From NCBI GenBank assembly GCA_040143965.1, contig JASJQH010000071.1:1-33728 (forward strand): 33,728 nucleotides of DNA, given 5' to 3'. The notes below the pieces were generated by a model that was given only the letters and a program-made list of their open reading frames with translations, was not told the DNA's origin and searched no databases. This DNA comes from Basidiobolus ranarum. Lineage: Eukaryota. The position numbers were made by a program, and so were the translations under genes. Shown here piece by piece: positions 13,251-23,054 of this stretch; the stretch's first letter is position 1, and every line of letters begins with the position of its first letter.

Positions 13251-14472
13251 ATGAACAAATTCACCAAAATATTTGACATCAAAATTCCGATAATGCTAGC
13301 TCCAATGGCCGGGGCTGCTGGATCTAGGCTCGCGGTGGAGGTATCCAATGCTGGAGGATTAGGCCTGATCGCAGGAGGTAGCGTCATCCATTAGCTTTGC
13401 TATTGACGTTCATTTACTCAATCCCCTCCTATATTTCATAGGGTTCGATAAGAATTCCTCTACATTAGTACAACAGTTGACTGAAGCTAAAAATCTCTTA
13501 AACCATAACAAGTCCAGCAATGCTTCGACAGTACTTCCTGTAGGAATTGGGTTGGTATCTTTCCACCTCAATAAGCACCCAGAGATGCTCTACGACGCAT
13601 TGAAATTCTTTCCCAAAGTGGTATGGTTTTCGTTTGGAGATTGCAGAGAATATGTCAAGTATACTCGAGCTGCTTCTCCATTATCCAAAATAGTGGTTCA
13701 AATACAAACCTTAGAAGAAGCCATAAAAGTGGTAAATGAGTGTGACATTGACGCCATAGTATGTCAGGGCTCAGAATCTGGTGGACATGGTGCAATCCAC
13801 AACGGCTCTGTGATGACTTTGGTTCCAGAGGTAGTTGACGCAGTAGGTGAAAAAACCGTTGTACTTGCTGCTGGAGGCATTATGGATGGCAGAGGGCTGG
13901 CAGCATCGCTGACTTTAGGTGCTAATGGTGTAGTTATGGGAACTCGCTTCATTTCAACTCCCGAAAGGTTAGTCATTTTTCGTTAGTAAATGATGGAATT
14001 ATTTATTGAAACTTTTGTTTCTATCCAAGTCTCTCGAACCCCAAAATTAAAGAGACATTGGTACGACTTAAGGATGGAGGAAGTACTACAGTCAGAACCG
14101 ATATCTTTGATAAGTTGGGTAAGGTACCTTGGAATAATGAAATCTATAATGGCAGAGCCATTCGTAACCTTACTACGAGTGAGGATGAAGGGTCACACTT
14201 CACTGAAGAAAAACTTAGTTCACTTCGAGATAGATATCAAGGGGCAGTACAGCACGGAGACTATGAATATGGGGTACGCCTAGCTATATTGACATTGTTT
14301 GTGCACCGATACATGTCATAACCGTCAAGTTCTTTTCATCATGTAGGTCATATATGCTGGAGCGGGAGTGGGATTGATCCACAACATTATACCAGCCAAG
14401 GACATTGTAACTGAAACCTACTCTCAAGCTCTCGAGATTTTGCGCAAGTTAAGTCAGACAGGCAGTCACTAA
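13251..14472 (+). CDS. Nitronate monooxygenase (2-nitropropane dioxygenase-like, FMN TIM barrel), 4 exons
   Basis: Exons 13251-13377, 13442-13967, 14030-14273 and 14347-14472 join in frame via GT-AG introns. Motifs PIMLAPMAG, VSNAGGLG, QGSESGGHG (catalytic His), AAGGIMDGRG.AA.L.LGA.GV.MGTRF and YAG.GVGLI. An in-frame upstream ATG at 13185 is an alternative start. Confidence 0.92.
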
Positions 14473-14746
14473 TCATAATGAAGAATAGTTAAACAATGTA
14501 CTATGTTTCGAATACAATCCAATGGCAATCGATAATCAGATTCAATAAATCTTAAAAATCAATCTGAATTTATGCTGATCGCCAATAGTCTATGGCAGCT
14601 AAGACCACAAAGGCCTCAACTTGACTAATCCCCAACTGTCCAATAGTTGGTTTTCATGTTACTAAACAGGATACCCCTGGATGATCATTTATCCTTTCAG
14701 GACAGGATTGTAATGAAGCTATTGTTGTCAGTAAGTGCAACGTGCT

Positions 14747-14880
14747 CCTGATTGGATGGGTATTCAGGCAAATGTGAGGAAGTGAATGAATCTATCTTTA
14801 TATTACTGATTAATTAACAAGAGTGCTGGAAGTCCATTGGTTGATAGTAAAATGTCCCGTCATATCCCCACACTGATTGG
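14747..14880. promoter_or_regulatory. CCAAT-box cluster upstream of the CRAL-TRIO gene
   Basis: CCTGATTGG at 14747-14755, CCATTGGT at ~14834 and ACACTGATTGG at 14870-14880 (reverse CCAATCAG, NF-Y/Hap consensus). Confidence 0.5.
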
Positions 14881-15104
14881 TCTAAGGACCTCGGGAGAAA
14901 TCCACCTCGTGCATTTCTTGAATCTTTAAACTCTATACAATGGATTAGGCCAAGTAATATCTCCACTTGACTGCATTGCCAAATATTCTCCATACTATAT
15001 AACTGGCCATCATGTATACATACTGACGTGACTTGTTTCTGAACTCAGCTTTATAGAATACTCTTTCACACTCACCTCACTAGACAGAGGCACGTGCATA
15101 TAGA

Positions 15105-15962
15105 ATGGATACTCATCCAATTTTAGATACTTTAAAGAAATCCATGGCATTAACAACGTACGGAAAAGACATTTTGACTCATTACCCCACAGCTGTAGAA
15201 TTGAATGCTTTCTTGATCCCCTTTTTGAGGTACAAAGATAACAACGTCAAGTCCGCGACGAAACTGATTCAACAATATTGGCAATTTCGTACAGAAAAGC
15301 TTGGTCTGTACACTCGGTAAATAGTGGTTACTATTTGTGTTCATGGATATGTTGCGTAGTATTCTGACCATCTTGCTTGCCTTTGCTCGTTTAGTTTGAC
15401 TCCTCGAGAAGTTCAGATCCCTTTACACACGAAATTCATAGCGATGCCTGATGCAAGAGATCTAGAAGGCCGTCCAATTATAGTGATATTTTTTAATAGG
15501 ATGATTGAGGGGAAAATCAGCGATCTGGAAACGTTACGAAGTATCTGGTTCGTTTTAGAGAACATTGTCCAGTTTGAGGAGAGCCAAAAGAAGGGTGTCT
15601 GCTTGATCGTCTGTTTAGAAGGTGGCTCCAAGACGAATCGAGATAGGACAAGGATAGAGTTACTTTTTGACAGTGTACAAAACAAAATTCCAGTCAAACT
15701 TGGCTCAGTTTTCATATTAAACCCTCCACAATGGTGCAAATTCTTTTGGTCCGTATCCAGTAATTTCCTCAAAGCAAAACTGGTAAAAAGGATTAAAGTT
15801 CTATCGGGAGACTATCAAGAACAGTTATGGCAGAATATCGGCAAGCAAAATCTACTGAGAGAGCTTGGTGGGGACTTTTTATTTGACCACGATGGATGGT
15901 TAAATGAATTATATGAAGAGAAACCATCGATAGAGCCTGTTCCTTCTGTGTCCTGCCAGTGA
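15105..15962 (+). CDS. CRAL-TRIO lipid-binding protein, CRALBP/alpha-TTP/clavesin-like, 2 exons
   Basis: Exons 15105-15316 and 15395-15962. CRAL_TRIO_N-type FLIPFLRYKDNNVKSATKLIQQYWQFR; RDLEGRPII, EESQKKGVCLIVCLEG, PVKLGSVFILNPP, FLKAKLVKRI and L..ELGG. Confidence 0.9.
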
Positions 15963-16629
15963 TAAAAACCACTAATCGAAAAATATGAAGCCCGTTCTTT
16001 GATCAGAAGCGGTCGTTTAGATGCCAACTAAATAGTGTGTCCTGAACGCCGCCAGAATTTCGTTAAAAATACTAGCATTTTAGATATCTAGACTACATGA
16101 GCTATTTTCCTCAACAAACTGCCCCGGCGCTCCTTGAGCAAGCCGAAAAGGGCCCACATTTAATTGCTATGCAAATATCATTCGACAATAATTTTCTTCC
16201 TTCCAAAGCCGATGATTAACTCTAATATCCACTCATTTCGACGACTACTTTCTAAGAATCCCTAAAAGCCATCTTGCATCGGGCCCTCAAACCCCGTTAC
16301 GGACATAACACAGCCCATTTATTGAGCCAGAGAAGACCAAAACTATCCTCTAGCACTAATCATCCTAACCCAAAACTTAATACCGCATGCATCACGTTGC
16401 CTGCGGCTATACGTCCGTCGCCTCACCATAATTAGTCGACAAAATAAAATGAATTTTTTGTTCGGTCCAAATTGTCATCTGCATCTGCAGTACAGGGGTG
16501 ATGATTGATCTTTAGAATAATTCTAAACCAAGTGAAAATCGAGGATTTCCAAAATTATCCATCAGAAATAAATATGTCCCAGATAAAGATCGAACCCTCT
16601 TTTCCAACAATCGAATTCTTGGTGACAAA

Positions 16630-17112
16630 ATGGTAAGTCATCAATTGAGCGTCATAATAAATGGATGGATGAAGATGGCAAGGATGGATCTTTCTTCGAG
16701 TAGCCATTGCACGAGACCCTGAAAGTGTATTGATGGAATATTTACTAAAAGCCATTCCTTTTAGACTACCAAAAGAAGAAATCACGGACGTAACAAGAGT
16801 GGTCGTGGTCATGTGAAGCCAGTTCGTTGCGTGAACTGCGCCCGTTGCGTTCCTAAGGACAAGGCCATCAAGCGCTTTACTATTCGTAATATGGTCGAGT
16901 CTGCTGCCGTTAGAGATTTGAAGGAGGCCTCAGTTTACGCTGAATACGCTCTTCCCAAGCTTTACATCAAGCTTCACTACTGTATCTCTTGTGCCATTCA
17001 CCAACACGTTGTACGTGTTCGTTCCACTGTAGGACGTAGAATTAGAACTCCCCCTCCTAGATTCCGTTTTGACAAAGATGGTAAAAAACCTAACCCTACT
17101 AAGTCTGCTTAA
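16630..17112 (+). CDS. RPS26: 40S ribosomal protein S26 (eS26), ATG-only first coding exon
   Basis: ATG at 16630-16632, intron 16633-16764 (GTAAGT...TACTAA...TAG), exon 16765-17112. Product [39 protein letters not shown]...[14 protein letters not shown]. Confidence 0.98.
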
Positions 17113-17415
17113 ATAAACTCAGTCCATTTCGAATTCCTAACTTCTGTTTCATATGTCCCATTTGTTAACCCAATGAAATATGGGAAAGTTACACTATGCC
17201 TTGATGCCAGTGTCTAAAGAGACAACTGAGGTAACGGCAAATCGGGGATCGTCATTGGTAGCATTGATTTTCCCTTCACTCGTCCATAATCACGATGCAT
17301 TACTTCAGTTCTCTAGTTGTAGTTGGGCTTGGTTACCAGTTCTGAGAGACTAAGCAGAAAGCGTAGTATAATACTTGAAGTCAACAAGAAGAATTCTGCA
17401 TTGTAACAAGTAATA

Positions 17416-17486
17416 CCTGATTGGGTTTATCTGTTCATTCTCGATTGTCCAAGCCCTCGTGTAAGCGCTAGGCGAACACTGATTGG
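17416..17486. promoter_or_regulatory. CCAAT-box pair upstream of the STRA6-like gene
   Basis: CCTGATTGG at 17416-17424 and ACACTGATTGG at 17476-17486; further CCAAT/ATTGG sites at ~17661 and ~17706. Confidence 0.5.
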
Positions 17487-17934
17487 CCTTGGATTTGGCG
17501 TCGGTTCCTATAAGCGGGTTATATGGTGAAAACTATAAGGTAATTGACGGTTGTCCATTCTATCTTATAGCAGCGTCCAAATAAAAGTGTATCCAGTTCA
17601 GGTGCATGAATAGGCATTACAAGTAGTACATGTCGACTTTTACTCGTCGATTAGCGTAACCCAATGGAACAGAGCAAATAGGCAATATAACCGAGGCCCC
17701 CGACTATTGGCCTTGGTTACAGCATATGATTCGAGTAAGTAGCTCAACCGATCAAGCTTTGCTTTTTGTGCTCACCACCAAGGAAGCAGTCACATGCATC
17801 CTTCACCAGATATATAATATCCACGGTCTCTATTCATCAAAGCACAAGATTGTTATTCACCCCTTTCCCGGATCCCCTCATTTCACCTACACATCCCAAT
17901 CTTGGAATAATCTGAACAAGGAAACGTCCTGGGA

Positions 17935-20900
17935 ATGCTAGTACTCGAGTGTAATTACTTACTCTACGAGATATGGCTCCTTGTTACTATATTTGCCGCT
18001 GTAGTTAGATCAGGTTGGCAGACGTTGCTTCTCATTTGATTTCTGTATGCATGAGATAAATTCGACTTACATTGATTGCTTCTAGATAACTCAAGTTTAG
18101 AATGCAAAAGCAGATCTGAAGGGTAAGTGCAATGAATGATATTCAGCAATCTATCACTTGAAAGGATTGCTAAACGATTTGCCTCTTGTTAGTTTGGTGA
18201 ACCTACTGCGCTCAAACAAGTGTGATCTCAATTCATCCAAAACTAACTGGAAATTCGATCCAGACCAATGGAAAGTGTTAGAACCGTTGGCTGGAGGTAA
18301 GCTATATGTATATGTTTTATTGAACTTGTATTTATCTTTGCATCCTATCAATAGCGTGCTGTCAACCACGTGAAACCCTGAAGACGCTAGGCTCAAACAA
18401 AGCCCAAGCCCAGGTTGTCCATATTTCTCAAATGATGAGCGAGGTTACACTATCCCCATATATTAAGAAGATTGATCAAGAAACACAGGTACAACCCAGT
18501 TATTAATCATAGTTGGGATGTTGTGCACTAACGCGCCCTATAGCGAATCAATGTGATGATCTCTTTAGCTACAATCACCAGTTTGTTTCTCACCCCTGAG
18601 GATATGAATACCACTGTTTGGCTAACATTTAAAGATGGTCATTCTACTACAATACTCCATCAGGAGGTCGTACCACTTGAGGAAGATACTACCGAGTATA
18701 AAACGATACTAGTACCAAAGGGTACTCGTTCAATCATGCTCGATATTCAAAGTATTAATAGGGCTGAGATCTGCTTTGATGGCGCTTTGGTGTATTTAAC
18801 TGACGACTACTCGAACACCAGTTTCGCTATTAACCTTGAAATAGGTACTTGAAATGTATTTTATCCCATTCTTCTCACATATGTAACCGCCGATGATTTC
18901 TTTCCATACTTAGCAAACACCCTTACTTGGTATACAATGCTGGCTTTGGCTTTTTTGTTGCCGATACTTATTTTTTTCCTGGGCCGAAACTCTCGACCGT
19001 TCCCAATGTATGTAACTCTGAAGTCTAGCTCCCATACAAAGACCTAACTGTCACTCTAATTTTCAGGCCAATCAATTTGTTGAAACGATACGTGGATAAC
19101 CGTATGAACATGCTACTCTTCGGAATTGCTTCTCAGATGATCATCATGGCAGCGATAGACAACATCGAGAAAAATAATGGTTTCCAAGAGATGCTGATTA
19201 CCGACTCTACTGCTCGTGATTATACCCAAGGACTCTACTTGATTGGAAGAGTCATCGTGCAGGGCCTGGTCCTCTACCCATTATTTCTATGCTTTGAGAA
19301 CTCGCATAAATTTTACAACTGCTTGTTTGGAATATTGAGTTCTATAGTCTTGCTCATGTACTTCGTTACTCAAATGCTAGAAGGATTCTTGAAAACCGGT
19401 CTCAGCAGAGTTCTAGTGATTACGATGCATATACCGGTGATTGTTTTTTGTATTATCCTAACGATTTACTTTGTGGTCTCCCTGACAGCTGCCTCCAGTA
19501 TACGTAGGATCCCGTTGGATAGGTTGGCTCGCGATTGTGATCTCAATTACGTGAAAGCTCTTTTAAAACATCAAAAAATGAAGTTGAGTCAAACATATCT
19601 AAAACCTCCTAGTTGGGTTTCGTGCATTAGGCGTCCAAGGTCATGGATAGAATATGTCAGATGGAAGCGGAGTCGTGTTAGCCATATCGAGTAAGATAGA
19701 ATCTGAGATATACGAGTTCCAGTTTCCTTTGCTAACATGCTTTGTTTAGAGTGCCAGACATTATCTACTATGGTCTACTGACGACTGGACTAGTAATCTT
19801 ACAGCTGATGGCTTCAACGATTGTGCTTTTATTTAGCTACGTAAACGACTCGGGGTTGCCCTGCACTTTAGCTACCTTTTTGGATGGCTTCAACAGTGAG
19901 GATGACACGGCATCTTCTAATTTTATTGATACTACCGACACAGTGAACATGGCCTTAAGAAGTTCAGCTTACTTGTCAGTAATATTAGGGGGTCTAGGTA
20001 AGCAACAAAAAGCATGGAGATAGCTTGTACGAATCCTTCTAATCAGTTCTGTTGTAGCTTGCCTATATCTTATTAGTTGCATTCCTTACCGCTTCAAAAG
20101 AGATTTGCGTGAAATCCGATTGGGAAACTACCATCTATTTCAACAACGAAGAAGCACAGATACCTCTATGGCCCAGTATCTTCGCTTTTATGGAGCCTTT
20201 TTAGGAAATGCATTCTTCTCATGCTTCGTGGTGATAATACAATTGTTTGTTATCATGATACTGATCTCGGCTATTGTCCTTATGCCTAGCTTCCGAAATA
20301 CCGTAGTTAGATGGATACTCATTTCTATGATCATTCCGTTTTTCATTTCTTGGCTGACTGCGTATATCATTGATTTGGTAACGAAGCTAATCTTCATTGT
20401 TCCTGGAACCAAATTTTGGATCCGTCGCCGTAGTCTATTCATGCACTGGTCATATCTCTCGGTTTTTCTGCATATTCCTAACGGGATTACCTCCTGGTTT
20501 GAGAGATTCCTCTACGCTTTTTTGAGTATTTTTGCGTTCAGTGCTAGAATCGACCGGAGTCTGTTACATGTAAATTTGCGCTCCTTGGACAGTGGGTTTT
20601 CGGCGTATTTGGGATTGGTAATATAATATGATATCGATATATACGTTGTATGTCAATATACTAAAACTTTGTGACATAGCTTCTAGCCCAACATCATTAT
20701 CACAATCCTATACTCAATGTATTTTTACATCTGATGTTCAGTCAGAGATACGCACTTGGTAGCATTTCTACGGAGACGAACGGTTGGAAAGGATTATTCC
20801 GGAGACCTTCCTTCTTCCCTGCAAGTGGCGATACTATCCAAGATTTTGAATACAAAGCAATGAAACGAATGATGCACTCCTCAGGCCATACTAAAAGTTT

Positions 20901-21051
20901 CAGAATTGCAAGAAATCGTTGGTTTTTAGCCTTTACTCTAATTAACAACCCCAAACTTAAAGATCTGAGGAAGCATGCTTTTGAGATGGAATGTTCAGCA
21001 ACCTCAGCCCCAACCCCAACGAACTCCATGAAGTCTTTACTTCAAAAATAA
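17935..21051 (+). CDS. STRA6-like (retinol-binding-protein receptor family) polytopic membrane protein with N-terminal signal peptide and extracellular domain, 10 exons, ~850 aa
   Basis: Exons 17935-18013, 18086-18122, 18193-18296, 18355-18488, 18544-18844, 18914-19007, 19067-19690, 19750-19997, 20058-20617 and 20680-21051 join in frame (2553 nt) via GT-AG introns. STRA6/RBPR2-type motifs PMPINLL....NR....LFG, YPLFLC, YVKALL, RDLREIRLG, ARIDRSLL, LDSGFSAYLG, HHYHNPILNVF and RIARNRWFLAFTLINNPKL..LRK. Confidence 0.85.
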
Positions 21052-21063
21052 TCAACACACAAA

Positions 21064-21103
21064 TATACATACATACAAATACATAGATAGATACCTAGAT
21101 AGA
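21064..21103 (+). repeat. Degenerate (ATAC)n/(ATAG)n microsatellite in the STRA6-like 3' flank
   Basis: TATACATACATACAAATACATAGATAGATACCTAGATAGA. Confidence 0.7.
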
Positions 21104-21816
21104 CCCATTCATGTCGTGCCCTTTTCCCTCATCAAAGTCGAAATAAAGATTCATTTTGACTACCTCAGTACACTCTTTGAACAAACAAGTTTTTCTCACT
21201 CAGACGCTGCCGACCTTGTTCACGTTTCTTGCAATCATAGATTATCATTGCCACAACTAAATGAAACCACAAGATCTGAAGTAAATATTGACTTGTATGT
21301 GAATTCCAATACCGACTGAAATATATCATTTACCAAATGCAATTGAATAAAGGTCATTTGAAATAACAATAATGTCGATAGCAAGGCAACTATCAGTTAT
21401 CAGGTGTAGGAGATATCCGGGCAAGTTCGGATACAATATCGATATCTATGTATTAGCTTCAAATCGAACCCGATTTCTGGATTCGATCTACTAAGTGATT
21501 TGTTTCCCCAAACGATCCCGATATCTCCGGGTAATTGTGATAGGCTATTAGTCGGAATCACGTAAATCTCCGGAGGGATATCGACCACTATCAGTAAGCA
21601 GATTAGTGTGCCATCGCGCAACCTCTGATAAGAGGCGAGCGTGTTGAGATCAGAACTATTGACGAGTCAGCTGAGATATGGATAAAAGATAAGTAGACCA
21701 GAAGTCAGTGCTAGGTAAATCGACAACTCACGGACAAAGCCGTAGGCCCATCTGTACTTAAGAGAGGAGTTGGCTCGAGGAAAATTCATACCACACTGAA
21801 CCTTATTATTTGAGAC

Positions 21817-22506
21817 ATGAACAAGATTGGAGTCTTTGAGGAAATTCAATATTCATTCAAAATCCTGACCAACAATGATTTCGAGTTGGTCGAATCCCCA
21901 GAGGCAATGCCCATCAGCCCTACAACCTTGAAGAACTTTGCATTGAATAAGTTTTGGGATAAGCTGTGGATCGAGCAGACCTGTTTCAACGAGTGTACCC
22001 TATGGAAGCACCAGACGAACAGCGCCGAACACATAATTCACTGCATTATTCCCCACAAATCATATAACGAGTTTGTTCTACCTTTGATGGACTCTTACAT
22101 GGGAAAGCTGGGTGTATCTGCAGCTAATTCAAGAAAATTTCTTGACATTTTCAGCAAGATAAGCCCTACATTGTCAGTTGCGTTATTTAGAGCAATATTG
22201 CCATTTACTCTAATTGAGACAATGGTGTCCAGTCTACCTATACATTTGGTGTTACCCATTCTAAATCGATGGAGCACTTTGAGCACTTTGTGGGTATACC
22301 TTGAGCTGTACCTCCCTCTGCAGCAGAAAACAAGCAGACACGATAAGCGCATGTCTATTCAATATATCTTAAATGAACCAGAATCCAATCATGAGGTTAA
22401 TCATTCGGCAGATCGTGAGAAATTTCATTCCACCAAGACTGCACCGCCTCTTACTTCGCCCGAATTGGACTATGGTTATCCGAGAAAGCCCGTCTTTTGT
22501 ATATAG
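21817..22506 (+). CDS. Hypothetical protein (229 aa, intronless)
   Basis: A 690-nt ATG-to-stop ORF is unlikely by chance in AT-rich DNA, and it is followed by AATAAA at ~22601. No family recognised; C-terminal RMSIQYILN motif. Confidence 0.7.
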   Translation: MNKIGVFEEIQYSFKILTNNDFELVESPEAMPISPTTLKNFALNKFWDKLWIEQTCFNECTLWKHQTNSAEHIIHCIIPHKSYNEFVLPLMDSYMGKLGVSAANSRKFLDIFSKISPTLSVALFRAILPFTLIETMVSSLPIHLVLPILNRWSTLSTLWVYLELYLPLQQKTSRHDKRMSIQYILNEPESNHEVNHSADREKFHSTKTAPPLTSPELDYGYPRKPVFCI

Positions 22507-22977
22507 AAATGACAGTACCTGTAATAATTCTCCTTCTGACCATTGGTTCATACTTGTCTTCTATCTATATATATGTATTAGTCATCACCCATGTAAATGT
22601 AATAAATATCATATTTAGCTACCATCGTTGATTCTTATGCCATTGATCTCTAAAGAGTGGCATTCCTACTGCACAAACTTTATAACAGTTTGTGATGGAA
22701 CATGAGTGGTGATTTTAGTGTGGAGCATGCACTCGATGCGTAATGTATATCCTGAGAATACCTAACCATTATGCAGTCGTCAGACTGAAGCACATACCTC
22801 TAGGATTTCTTCTCAAGTCAGAATTTTCTTTAAAAGAATAAATTTTGATTTTATTCATAAAGCATAAGACAGTTTTTTAAGGACTCTAGAAATAACTCCA
22901 ATACTACTACAGTCTGGCCAGACATAATATAATATACTAATGAAAGTGCCACATGGCTATGCTCTGTTGAAATAAGC

Positions 22978-23054
22978 ATAGCCTAAACACCTATATAGTC
23001 CTATATAGCTTGGTATTTAGTTATTCCACATTGAACTAAGATATCACTCACTAT
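22978..23054 (+). repeat. Solo copy of the MITE-like terminal repeat
   Basis: Hand alignment, ungapped: 60/77 identical to 10251-10327 and 55/70 identical to the reverse complement of 10481-10550. Confidence 0.8.

Noticed and set aside
16145-16460. GGGCCC/AGCCCA and RRPE-like motifs upstream of RPS26
   Set aside because: Plausible ribosomal-protein promoter elements, but too short to support individually.
16633-16764. Possible intronic C/D snoRNA in the long RPS26 intron (ATGAAGA ... CTGA)
   Set aside because: Box C is imperfect, there is no terminal stem, and I found no convincing rRNA-complementary guide.
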